A stretch of DNA of 64,000 bases from contig CAWJMT010000014.1 in assembly GCA_963844035.1 (NCBI GenBank), positions 9,359 to 73,358 on the forward strand, given 5' to 3'. Source of the DNA: an uncultured Gemmatimonadales bacterium (GTDB taxonomy: Bacteria > Gemmatimonadota > Gemmatimonadetes > Gemmatimonadales > GWC2-71-9). Under the pieces are notes generated by a model. That model was not told where the DNA came from. It saw only the letters and a list, made by a program, of their open reading frames with translations, and did no database searches. Positions 53,443-64,000 of this stretch are shown piece after piece (position 1 is the stretch's first letter; the number at the start of each line of letters is the position of its first letter). The translations under genes and the position numbers were made by a program.

Positions 53443-54469
53443 CTAGTCTTCCGTCTGCCCGAACAGCGCCATGTTGCTGGAGTGTCCCGGCTCGATCTTG
53501 GCCGTCGGGTTGATGAAGTGCACGGCGTGATTCACCGCGATGCTCGCTTCCGCGACGCCGGTCGCGATGAGTTTCAGTTTGCCGGGATAGGTGGTGATGT
53601 CGCCCGCGGCGAAGATCCCCGGAATGTTGGTCGCCATGGTGGACGCGACCTTGATGTCGCCCTTCTCGAGGTCCAGTCCCCACTCGGCGATCGCGCCGAG
53701 CGACGAGAGGAATCCGAGCTGGGGAATGACGGCGTCGAAGGCGAGTGTATCCTCTGTCTTTGGTCTTGTTGTTATAGAGGGTGACGCGCTCCACCGAGTC
53801 GGTCCCCGTGGATCGCCCGCACCTCCCAGAAGGTGCGCAGCTCCATGCGACCGGCGGCGCACAGCTGCTCCACCTGGCGCAACCGGTGGCCGCGTGGGCG
53901 CGGAAGCCGTCGCGGCGGTGCACCATCACGATGCGCTTGGCGATCCCCTGGAGGTTGACCGCCCAATCGAAGGCGGAGTCGCCGCCGCCCACCAGCAGCA
54001 CCCGCTTGTTGGCGAACGCCTTGGGGTCGAGCACGCGATCGAACACCCCGCGCCCGTACCAGCGGTCCACGTCTTTGAGCGGCAGCTTGCGCGGGGTGAA
54101 CGCGCCGATGCCGCCGGCAATCAGGACCGTGTGCGACGGATACTCGTCCTTGTCGGTAACCAGTACGAATCGCGGACGCCCGTTGTCCGATTCCCGACGC
54201 AGCCCGATCACCTTCTCGGCCAGGTGAATGGGTGCGTGAAACTGGACCGCCTGCTCGGCCATGCCGCGGACCAAGTCTTTCGCGAGCACCTTGGGGAAGC
54301 CGGCGACGTCGAAGATGTACTTTTCCGGGTAGAGCGCGGTGAGCTGGCCGCCGACCTGGTCGAGGTTGTCGATAAGGCGGCACGACGCCCCGCGCATGCC
54401 GGCGTAGAATGCCCCGAACAGCCCTGTCGGGCCCGCACCGATGATCGTGATATCCTTGAGCTCTTGCAT
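53443..54469 (-). CDS. Ferredoxin--NADP+ reductase, thioredoxin-reductase-like type (frameshifts 53750-53890)
   Basis: IIGAGPTG, GGQLTALYPEKYIFDVAGFP, GGGDSAFDWA, HRRDGFRAH, YPGKLKLIATG, PGHSS. Confidence 0.92.
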
Positions 54470-54547
54470 CCGGGCAACTGTAATGGTCGTGGTGGGCGTC
54501 GAGCAAGCTCCTCGCGCCGTCCTCCCGCCGGCGATAGGTTCCGCGCG

Positions 54548-55555
<1,008 letters not shown>

Positions 55556-55573
<18 letters not shown>

Positions 55574-55748
55574 TACAGCGGCCAGCGGGATCGTGTTGCT
55601 GGAGAACCATGTTATCTATCACTTCGATGCTATTGGTATTATCTTTGCCATCCTGTTTGTTATTGCTATCATCAATACTATCCGGATCCTTGCCGTCCAC
55701 AAAGCTCTCAGGTTACAGCAGGAAACCGGTTCGTATCAGCCGTACTAA
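55556..55748 (+). CDS. 3' fragment of an unrelated membrane protein (not in the ORF track)
   Basis: Open frame ...HFDAIGIIFAILFVIAIINTIRILAVHKALRLQQETGSYQPY* running from the junction. Confidence 0.45.
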
Positions 55749-55891
55749 TCTTTTATAACTATTTGGAAGTCTTCCGAGACCGACACCCCGCAGCGTTCTG
55801 ATAAACGCTGGCGACCCTCTACCATACCGAAGAGGGAAACCGGGAATAAATAAAAAAACATAAATATATCCTTAACTCATTACTTGTTTAT

Positions 55892-56173
55892 ATGGTTGAA
55901 TTTACTGAAGAACAGGAACGTGCAATTAAGGACCGGGAACAGAAAGCAACCGAAGCAGCAGAACACCGTCTTGCATTTGCCCAGGCGTTCCGGTTGGCGT
56001 TGCCGTACCTTGAAGGACTTTCCGATCAGGTTAACCCGGAGAACGGGCAGATAATCAAGCGGGGGGCAATCAGTCCCTACATTGTCGAAGCCTTCCGGGA
56101 TGAATGCAATAAGGTTATTGTCAAACTGTTCCCGCAACCGGTACCGGCAGAGGAGAAGAACCCGGAGGAATAA
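55892..56173 (+). CDS. Hypothetical protein (93 aa)
   Basis: Clean ATG-TAA ORF with protein-like composition, after an AT-rich promoter-like tract. Confidence 0.65.
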   Translation: MVEFTEEQERAIKDREQKATEAAEHRLAFAQAFRLALPYLEGLSDQVNPENGQIIKRGAISPYIVEAFRDECNKVIVKLFPQPVPAEEKNPEE

Positions 56174-56176
56174 CCT

Positions 56177-56485
56177 GTGGATGAAAAACCAACATACGAA
56201 AAACTCCTTTCCGATAATCGGGAGATGAGCAAGAGCCTTCACTGGTACCGTCAGGATACAAAGGTAAATAATTTCATACGATCTATACTCTTTGCGATAA
56301 TTGTATGTGTCACTATCGCAATAATAGAACTCTTTGCAGTGATCGGTGCGAATGCATTTGCTGAAAAACAAAACCTATCCTTTTTCTGGATCTCTACCAT
56401 TGGAGCATTTTTAGATATCTCTCACTGGATACTCTATGGATATGTCATTTGGCATGTCTTCACTGTTAACTTTTATAATTTCTAC
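56177..56485 (+). CDS. Hypothetical two-TM membrane protein, N-terminal part joined in frame to a primase fragment
   Basis: AT-rich codons and hydrophobic helices; composition changes near 56485. Confidence 0.5.
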
Positions 56486-57129
56486 GATGCGCGCGGCCGC
56501 ACCAAAAATGACATTGCCGTCGTGCGCCACCTCTATCTGGATCTTGACCGTAATGGTCTTCAATCACTCAAAGCCATTCGCGACGACGCCCGATTGCCCA
56601 GCCCTTCCTACATCCTGAATACATCCGAAGGCAAATATCAGGTCATCTGGAAGGTCATTGGTCATGACATGGAACGAGCGGAGAAGCTGCAGCGGGCAAT
56701 GGCCTTGGAACATGGCGCCGACCGTGCGGCAACCGACGTGACGCGAGTATTGCGGATCCCAGGATTCCTACAATCGGAAGTATGAACCTCCCTATCCAGG
56801 TGACCGCCGAGAAAGTGTCATTTATGACCTACATTCTTTCTGACTTCCGGATCCAGCATCAGGCGGGAATACAAGCTGAGCCACAGACAGCGGTTCAACG
56901 ACTGCTGGCTCGCCGAAGCCCGGGCTTGGCAAGTCAGTCCGAGCGGGACTGGGCCGAGACTCTTCAGAAACTGGAACAGGGAGAACAGCCTGCAACCGTG
57001 CAGGCCTGGTTGGAACAGAAACGTCAGGACAAACATGATCCGGCTTACTACGCCGCCCTGACTGTTCGGAAAGCGATTGCAGAACGGGAGAACCGTCGCA
57101 CGGCAAGCTTTGCCGTCGATCTCTCTTGA
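56486..57129 (+). CDS. RepB-type DNA primase (AEP superfamily), lacking its N-terminus; frameshifts near 56770-56795
   Basis: RTKNDIAVVRHLYLDLD, PSYILNTSEGKYQVIW, ATDVTRVLRIPGF, and a C-terminal SQSERDWA helical domain. Confidence 0.78.
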
Positions 57130-57132
57130 TGA

Positions 57133-58008
57133 ATGGATTTGCCGGAAGCAAACCAACAAAAGGAGGAATTCAGCATGGAAAAGGAGGAGAAGAAGTACTT
57201 CATTACCGGGAATACGTTTGCGATTAAGGATCAGCTGAGGGATCTGGGCTGCAAATGGGATTCCGAATCCAATCAGTGGTATCACTCTGAAAAAAAGATT
57301 GCAGCCAAAGCCCAGAAACTCGTTCCGGCTGAGCCTGAAAAACACATCATCGGCCAGGCTCCCTATGAGATGCGGGATCAATTGAAACAGCTTGGGGCGA
57401 AATGGGATCAGCAGACCAGCCAGTGGTATCACACCGATAAGCAGGCCGCTGCCCAGGCCCAGGAATTGATTGCCGAAGCCGGGCGGAAGCATTTCCTGAC
57501 CGGCAACTCGCACGACGTCAGGGAACAGCTAAAGGCCCTCGGCTGCCAATGGGATAATGACACAAAGCAGTGGTATCACACCGACAAGGCAATTGCCGCC
57601 CAGGCGCAGGCACTAATCGAAAAGGGACCTGAAAAGCACTTCATTCAAGGCAATTGCTATCCGGTTGCCGAGCAGCTCAAGGAGATGGACTGCCGCTGGG
57701 ATCCGGAAACCAAGGCCTGGTATCACTACAACACGGAAATGGCTGCAAAGGCCCAGGACCTTGTCACAAATGGAGCTGAAAAGCATTACATCCCCGAAGT
57801 GCCCTATACGCTGAATGAGCGAATCAAACAGATGGGATGTCGATGGGATGCAGAAGCCCGATGCTGGTATCACACAGATCCCGAAGTCGGCAAAGAGGCC
57901 AATCGTCTGGCGCAGGAGACCCGGGAAAAGATCCAGGGTCACGAACCAGCGCTCAATAAATCCAATGTCGGCCCCGCTTTGGCTGCCGAGGTCGAGCACG
58001 GGCTATAG
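57133..58008 (+). CDS. Protein with five tandem 49-aa DUF5710-like repeats (likely start ATG 57175)
   Basis: Repeat consensus KH.I.G..Y...EQLK.LG..WD..T.QWYH.D...AA.AQ.L with a 147-bp period. Confidence 0.85.
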   Translation: MDLPEANQQKEEFSMEKEEKKYFITGNTFAIKDQLRDLGCKWDSESNQWYHSEKKIAAKAQKLVPAEPEKHIIGQAPYEMRDQLKQLGAKWDQQTSQWYHTDKQAAAQAQELIAEAGRKHFLTGNSHDVREQLKALGCQWDNDTKQWYHTDKAIAAQAQALIEKGPEKHFIQGNCYPVAEQLKEMDCRWDPETKAWYHYNTEMAAKAQDLVTNGAEKHYIPEVPYTLNERIKQMGCRWDAEARCWYHTDPEVGKEANRLAQETREKIQGHEPALNKSNVGPALAAEVEHGL

Positions 58009-58037
58009 CATAGGAATACTTCAGCCAATTCATTCAT

Positions 58038-60740
58038 ATGTTTACTTGCGCCAAGATCAGAGACGGCAGCACCTATCTGAGCAGTCATTTGACTGCCAAC
58101 GACTATTACTGCGAAAACGAGCATGTCACCGGCGTCTGGATCGGCAAGGGGGCGGAACAGCTTTCTTTGTCCGGGAAGTCCATCGGCAAAGAGGATAGAG
58201 CCTTTGAAGCCTTCCGGCAGAACCTCTTGCCGGATGGCTCCGGAAGGCTGACTCCGCGAAGAGCCGAAAATGGCGTCCGCTTTTTCGACTTCCAGTGTTC
58301 CGCTCAGAAAAGCGTTTCCATCATGGCGGTTACTCTCGAGGACCAGCGCTTATATGCGGCTCATGACAATGCCGCTGCCAAAGCCTTTGCGGAACTTGAG
58401 CGCTTTGCCGCTTATCGCTCGGGATTGACGCGACAGCCTCAGATTAGCGGAAATCTCTGTGCCGCCGCATTTCGGCACGATGCTTCGCGGGCTCTCGATC
58501 CCCAGCTTCACACTCATTTCGTTGTGGCCAATGCAACCTGGGATTCGGATCGGAATCGTTGGCTTGCCCTGGATACCTGCGAAATGTTCAAGGCCATCCG
58601 CTATGCCGGCAAGGTCTATCAGAATGAACTTGCTCTGCAGTGCCGCCGGCTGGGTTACCAGATTGAATCCGTCCGCAACGAGAAAGGCATCGTTGAAGGA
58701 TTTGAAATCAAGGGTGTCTCAAAGGAAATCCAGGAGCGATTCAGCAAACGGCGGGCGGAGGTCGAAGCCGGCATTGAAAGGTTCCGAAGAGAGAAAGGCC
58801 GAGCTCCCACTACCCGGGAAATCCATGTCATCACGCGCGAGACCCGCAACGTTAAGCTCAAGGAAATCACCACACCCGAAGTCCGGACCCTGCAGCGCTC
58901 ACAACTCTCAGAGTCGGAGCTGGCAGCGCTTGACGGATATCAAACAGCGGGCGCACTGCTGGCGCCAGTGAAAAGCATCTTGATGCGATCAGCCTGGCAG
59001 GCACTGATGCGTGCCCGCGATCACCTTTTTGAACGTCACTCGGTTGTTCGCGGTCACCAGCTCTTTGCCGAGGCGCTCAACCATCAGCTTGGCTTTCTCG
59101 ACCTCACAACGCTCAAGCGCTATATAAGTAGCGTCTCTACCGGGATTGTCCGCCTGGCCGAGCATGCGCGCAATCCGTTGTTATCCTGCCAATGGACTTC
59201 TCGTCAGGGATTGAACCTCGAGCGCTGGTCTATCGAGTTCGTCAATCAGACTCAGAATTGCTGCACATGCCACTGGGAGAGACCGAAGGAGTTGCTTTTG
59301 ATTTCAAATCGAAAGAACAAGAGGAAGTCGTTCTTGAAACTCTGCAGAATACCGACCGGGTTTATGCCATTCGTGGTTGCGCCGGAGCAGGGAAGACCAC
59401 CTGTCTGACGGAGATCCGCAAAGGACTGGAAGCTGCAGGAAGGGACAGCCTTCTACCTGGCGCCGACTACTTCTGCGGTTGAAGTCTTGCGAGCTGATGG
59501 ATTTGCCAGAGCCACCACTGTTGACGATTTCCTCACCAATCAGGTGAAGACCGCGAGATCTCCGTGGTTCGGTCATCATCATTGATGAGTCCAGCCTCCA
59601 ATCGACTCAAATGGGTGCCGCGCTTCTCCGGATTGCCCAGGTACACGATACTCGCGTTCTTTTTGTCGGGGATGTGCGGCAGCATGTTGCCGTCGAGGCA
59701 GGAGACTTCCTGCGCATGCTGGAACAACATTCAAATCTCCGCCGTTCCGAACTCAAGGATATCCGCCGGCAGCAGGTGGAGGAGTACAACGCTGCCATCC
59801 GCACCATGTCCCGGGGCGACGCTCTGGGAGGCATGAAGCAGCTGGATGCTCTGGGTTGGGTTCAGGAAGCAGAAGGTCAATACATCCAGCAAGCAGCCGA
59901 TGCCTACTTTGCCGCAACCGCCGACGGCACTCGATCTCGATCGATGCATTGCCATTTCTCCCACCTGGGAAGAGAACCATCGATTTACGGATGCCATTCG
60001 CGAAGGTCTTAAGCAGCGGAATCTTATTAGGCGAAGGAACCGTCATCACAATCCATGACCAGTTGGATTGGACCGTTGAGCAGAAGCGCAATGCCGCAAA
60101 TTACCGGCCGGGAATGCTGGTCACCTTCAATCTGGGGCTTGGTTCCATTCGCGTGGCAAACGCTCTGGAAGTTGATCGCGTTGAAGCCGGCATGCTTCGG
60201 CTGAAAGGACTTGACCGTTCCATTGATGTCGACCCGTCACGCGAAAAAGCTCACTGTTTCACTGCCGCGAACCCTGGAGATTTGCCCGGGTGACAAGATT
60301 CTTATTCGCCGCAATCGTCGTTCGGACGGACTTGTCAACGGCCAAGTTCTTACCGTTTCTTGTATACGCGCTGATGGATCGCTGGAAACTAAGGAAGGCA
60401 AACTGATACCACCCGAGTTTCCGCCACTTCTGGTCACGGCTATGTTGTTACCAGCTACAAGTCCCAGGGACGCACACACGATCAGGTTGTGATCGCCGCC
60501 GAGCAGCTCGATTCCAAGTCGGCATATGTGGCCTGTTCCAGGGGACGGCACGAAGCCAGAGTTTTTACTCCCGACAAGGAGCATCTTTTGAAACGGCTTG
60601 AACGGCCTGCCGACCGGCTGGCGGCTACGGATGTCATAGGCTCTTCACGCAGTGCTTTCTGGCAACATAGTGAACAGATGGCCTGGCAGCGTGCAGCCAA
60701 AGACGCCGCTTTCTTTCATGCCGCACTTCAACCGCTCTAA
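58038..60740 (+). CDS. MobF (TrwC/TraI-type) relaxase-helicase, several frameshifts
   Basis: DYY, FDFQCSAQKSVS, HDASRALDPQLHTH; helicase motifs GCAGAGKTT, IIDES, GDVRQH, TSYKSQG, YVACSRGR. Confidence 0.92.
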
Positions 60741-60779
60741 GTCTTTTGAGATGCAGATTGGCCGATGAGGAGATTATCC

Positions 60780-61134
60780 ATGTCGTTTCAGTGCTATACC
60801 CCTCGCGCCTCGCTTCGTTCAGCCTTGACCGGCGGACTCTTTATTTCGGCTGATGGATCCAGACGCATCATGCCCGATCACTGGCTGACCCAGGCTGAGC
60901 TCTTGCATGGATCGCGATTGCTTCGCCTGAGCTATTCGTTCTGCACAATCGAAGTGTCGGGCCAATGTCTCGATCCCATTTTTGAGGATGCCGGCATTGG
61001 CAAGCTTGGAGCCATTCTGGCTGCAGCATCCGAAGCTGTGCCGAATGGGCAGCTTTGGGTGACGAGTATCGTCGTAATCGCTCCTCCCGAATCACCATGC
61101 CTCCGTATTCGAGGAGGAGTGCTTCGATGCATAG
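60780..61134 (+). CDS. Hypothetical protein (probable frameshift near 61095)
   Basis: GAGGAG RBS before ATG 60780; the shifted end SVFEEECFDA* stops before the repeat-rich spacer. Confidence 0.5.
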
Positions 61135-61171
61135 ATTTATCTGTGATAGGCAGGGAAGCCTTGATGGAAAT

Positions 61172-61243
61172 TCTCGGGTCGGTCGAGCCAAGCTCTCCCA
61201 ACCCGAGACGCAATACCTCGAAGGAATTCTTCGATGTATTGCG
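61172..61243. repeat. Two adjacent inverted repeats (candidate oriT or operator hairpins)
   Basis: TCTCGGGT...ACCCGAGA (61172-61208) and CGCAATACCTCGAAG-GAATT-CTTCGATGTATTGCG (61209-61243, 14 of 15 paired). Confidence 0.7.
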
Positions 61244-61361
61244 AAGAGGAAATAAAGTGGAAATCTGTTTCCGCTTTGTTTCCTCTTCATTTCCACTTTA
61301 TTTCCGCTTCCGGCCCTTGTGGCTACAATAGCGGAAATATAGAGGAAATATGTTTCCACTT
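61244..61361. repeat. Array of nine 11-bp iterons (WAGNGGAAAYR-like) in direct and inverted orientation
   Basis: Two forward, four reverse, a 19-bp spacer followed by TACAAT overlap, two forward, one reverse. Confidence 0.85.
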
Positions 61362-61397
61362 CGGCACCCCATATCATCAATAAAGGCAAGGATTACG

Positions 61398-61767
61398 ATG
61401 ACTGGCAAACCCTATCAATCAAGCCTGATTCCTTACGAACGAGAAATCATTGGTTTGAGACAGCCGCAGGCCGCCGATGCCCTATACGCAGATCGCCGAG
61501 CTTCTGCGCGAAAAATACAATCTCACGGTTCAGGCGCCGGCCATTTTCAAGTTCATCAGAGTGAGATCGCGCGGTCGGAAGGTCTACAGCTACGGGCGGA
61601 AATGTCGCAGTCAGAGAAACCGGCGGCAGCTTCACCGCCTGTAAGCTGACCACAGCCACAGAAGCCCAAATTCGAATTTCAAATACAGCGAACGCTACAA
61701 CCTGACTCGACTGCCGCCTGATGTGGCCGCAGCGCGCCGCAAGAAACTCGAGGAGAAAGGGCATTGA
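61398..61767 (+). CDS. Small putative HTH DNA-binding protein (frameshifted)
   Basis: MTGKPYQSSLIPYEREIIGLR, then shifted PMPYTQIAELLREKYNLTVQAPAIFKFIRVR, ending KKLEEKGH* over the next ATG. Confidence 0.6.
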
Positions 61768-62474
61768 TGTCAACGATTCTATTTACAGCCGGCGCCAAGG
61801 GTGGAACCGGTAAGTCCACAGCCGCTCGATTTTTAATCACTTATCTACGGGAGCATGGATTTGATCCCTTGCTGCTGGATATGGATGATGAAAACCGGAC
61901 GCTTTCCCGGTTCTTTCCCGAGTCCATCCAGGTCGAAATCAAGAAAAAGTCTTCTCACGATGTTTTGGTTGAGAGGGCTCTCAATGGCAAGCCCCTGATT
62001 CTTGCCGACTTGAAAGCGGGTACCGGCAGGGAAGTGCTTGATTGGTGGCTCGACGTTCCCTTTGATGACCTTGTATCCCTGCAAATCCGCTTTGTATGTG
62101 TTGCCTCGATCACCAGTTCGCCGGATAGTGTCCAGTCTTTTTTCAACTGGGTGGCCGCCCTACAGGATCGTGTGACCTATATTGTTTTTAAAAATTACAA
62201 AGATGGTGATTACCTTCCGGACTACGACGCGAGTGACGAGGCCCTCGAGTTTCAGGAACAGTTCACTCCGTATCATGTTGTGTTGCCCCGGCTGGACGAG
62301 GAGTACACAACTGAACTGGAGCGGTTGGATCTGACCATTGCCGAAGCGCTGTCTCCTGGGGGCAAGGACATCGGCCCGCTTCTCGGTCAGCTCATGGTGA
62401 GAGCGCGTCTTCGTCGTTTCCAGCAAAATATCTACGACCAACTCGGCCCAATTATTGATGCACTGGGTCTCTGA
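61767..62474 (+). CDS. ParA/MinD-like P-loop ATPase of mobilisation modules
   Basis: Deviant Walker A KGGTGKS, LLDMDDEN, ILADLKAG. Confidence 0.8.
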   Translation: MSTILFTAGAKGGTGKSTAARFLITYLREHGFDPLLLDMDDENRTLSRFFPESIQVEIKKKSSHDVLVERALNGKPLILADLKAGTGREVLDWWLDVPFDDLVSLQIRFVCVASITSSPDSVQSFFNWVAALQDRVTYIVFKNYKDGDYLPDYDASDEALEFQEQFTPYHVVLPRLDEEYTTELERLDLTIAEALSPGGKDIGPLLGQLMVRARLRRFQQNIYDQLGPIIDALGL

Positions 62475-62483
62475 GATAATTCC

Positions 62484-63323
62484 ATGTCCACAGAAGCTCC
62501 AAAACAGCCGTTTACAGAACTGGCGGCAGATCTCCCTGATAACCACAAGGCTGAATTCTTTCGAATTCTGCATGAGGCGGGCATTGGCCCGGAAGATTCT
62601 GAACTTGCGCGGTTGTTGCGGGCCCTCCAGCTCTACAAGGCCTACTATGAATCGATCCCATTCGCCGTAAAGCAGGCCGCGGAAAAGATCGAGTCTCTTA
62701 AGAAGGAAATTGAAAAACTCAATGGCGATGCACACGCCAATCTGGATGCGAGTGCAAAACTCTCGGGTCAGGTTATTGAGGAATCGGAGAAGATCCGTAA
62801 GGATCTCACTCAAATAAATAAGCGCGTTGAAGGGGCATTGAGTCAGTCCGCTGAGAGCCTGGCTTCGCGCATGTCAGAACACCTAAGCAAAGGTATTGAG
62901 CAAAAAGTGCTTTTGCCGCTCCAGAACCGCTTGATCGAGCTTTCAGGATCGAATCAATCATTTGACGATGCAATTGCCCGGAACAATAAAGCTGCAGCTG
63001 CTCTGGAAAAGAGCACAGCTGAAGCCAGCCGGTTTCATATACGGACATATATTCTTACTGGTTGCGTGATCATCTGTGCGTTGGTTGGCGGCTCATGGTT
63101 CTATCTCGATCAACGGTATGCAAATCGATTTGACCAGGAGTGTTCAGATCTTGTCAGACGGTTTGAGAAGAACCGCGCAGTAATGCTCCAGCTTGCCAAA
63201 TCTCACCGAACCCTCGAATTGATCGAGGATCCCGAGCGCCCGAATCGGAAGCTTCTTATTATGAAGAATGCCTCGGGCTGGCAATCCCCGGACAAACAGG
63301 GCGTCATCGAGTTCGATGAATAA
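62484..63323 (+). CDS. Hypothetical coiled-coil protein with one TM helix
   Basis: Long helical region followed by ILTGCVIICALVGGSWFYL. Confidence 0.7.
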   Translation: MSTEAPKQPFTELAADLPDNHKAEFFRILHEAGIGPEDSELARLLRALQLYKAYYESIPFAVKQAAEKIESLKKEIEKLNGDAHANLDASAKLSGQVIEESEKIRKDLTQINKRVEGALSQSAESLASRMSEHLSKGIEQKVLLPLQNRLIELSGSNQSFDDAIARNNKAAAALEKSTAEASRFHIRTYILTGCVIICALVGGSWFYLDQRYANRFDQECSDLVRRFEKNRAVMLQLAKSHRTLELIEDPERPNRKLLIMKNASGWQSPDKQGVIEFDE

Positions 63324-63339
63324 CTCTTCAGGAGGTCAG

Positions 63340-64000
63340 ATGCCCTCACGCGCTTATGTAGCTCACGATAGGGTTGTTTCCGCTGCCAGGATGTATGTCC
63401 AGATGGCGGCTATTGGGTTGCTGCTGGCTGCCGGCCTGTATTGCGGCGGAATGAGCGCATTTCTCTCGCGCTATGTTTCAAATCCCATTCCCGAGCTGCA
63501 GTATGTTGGTGGGAAGCCGCGCCTTTCCTTGAAACCGGACGCCAAACGGCTGCCCATTTTCCCGCTGATTAAATATTTCATTTCATTCAATCCCAAGAAT
63601 TATTTCACCCTTCATCTCAGCACCGGTCCCGCGACGACTACGGAAAAAGTCGAAATTGTTGATCCCGAATTGCGGCCTCTGTTTCAGCGCAAGGAAGTGC
63701 CGAGAGAAACCTACCGGAAAGCAGTTTTTGAGATCACGCGCGGCCGGGTGGAGCAGCTCCGATGGATATTTCCGCTGAGCCTGCTCTTCTTCCCGGTTTT
63801 TGGCGTGCTCTACTTTCTCGGTTTCAGCTGGCTGAACCGGAGGGCCGAAAAGACCCAATTTGTGCGCGGCGCGGATCTCATGCCTTTCGAGCAAATGAAG
63901 GCGGAGCTCAACCAGGTCATTAAAGAGGAAGAAAAGGACAATCCTTCATTTGTGCCGCTTTGCCTGGGCGAAGCCGCATTGCCGGATTCAGTGTCTCGCC
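63340..64000 (+). CDS. Probable type IV coupling protein (TraD/TrwB-like), N-terminal part; frameshifted and runs off the window
   Basis: GGAGG RBS, two TM helices, then FVRGADL...LCLGEAALP, resembling the segment that precedes Walker A in coupling proteins; relaxase context. Confidence 0.6.
   Translation, partial: MPSRAYVAHDRVVSAARMYVQMAAIGLLLAAGLYCGGMSAFLSRYVSNPIPELQYVGGKPRLSLKPDAKRLPIFPLIKYFISFNPKNYFTLHLSTGPATTTEKVEIVDPELRPLFQRKEVPRETYRKAVFEITRGRVEQLRWIFPLSLLFFPVFGVLYFLGFSWLNRRAEKTQFVRGADLMPFEQMKAELNQVIKEEEKDNPSFVPLCLGEAALPDSVSR

Larger units (their letters stand above)
56486..64000 (+). mobile_element. Mobilisable plasmid or integrative element fragment
   Basis: Co-oriented primase, relaxase, ParA-like ATPase and coupling-protein-like gene, with GC lower than the left 55 kb. 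Confidence 0.82.

Noticed and set aside
55771..55846. Possible hammerhead ribozyme or tRNA (CTGATAA...GAAAC with two hairpins)
   Set aside because: The CUGAnGA core is mismatched, no stem II closes between the core motifs, and there is no T-loop or CCA end. It is only two simple hairpins.
57175..57920. CRISPR-like periodicity
   Set aside because: The 147-bp period is a degenerate coding repeat with no identical repeats separated by unique spacers, and no cas genes are present.

Overview
Positions 1 to about 55555 are a high-GC (roughly 70% by eye) bacterial chromosome segment whose gene content and order suggest Gemmatimonadota (inference). It carries the 3' end of tyrS, a class V aminotransferase, a patatin-ferredoxin fusion and a convergent seven-gene lipid-type cluster: class I HMG-CoA-reductase-like enzyme, DUF3419/BtaA-like enzyme, CTP-dependent polyprenol-kinase-like enzyme, rifampin-phosphotransferase-like PEP-utilising kinase, UbiA-family transferase, OleC-like AMP ligase and GNAT. 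Next come an LPS/glycosyltransferase block with MsbA-like and PorX-like genes, a DnaB C-terminal-only paralog, and a long housekeeping run (yebC, ruvCAB, queA, tgt, yajC, def, fmt, thiE/S/G, PASTA protein, rpe, TlpA, YbbR, tsaD, lgt). These are followed by a diheme cytochrome c-FTR1 fusion with a Fur-box-like palindrome, acpS, NlpC/P60, response regulators, TamA/TamB, ferredoxin-NADP reductase, PduO and an abruptly truncated aroB. At about 55556 composition changes sharply: about 0.9 kb of AT-richer DNA with an archaeal-looking promoter, then from about 56486 a mid-GC mobilisable element (RepB-type primase, five-repeat DUF5710-like protein, MobF relaxase-helicase, 11-bp iteron array, HTH protein, ParA-like ATPase, start of a probable coupling protein). 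Both junctions cut through genes and may be assembly chimeras. Single-base frameshifts occur throughout, including in essential genes, so they are most likely read errors; they create several false fusions in the ORF track. The best candidate for an undescribed system is the 4007-13884 lipid cluster.
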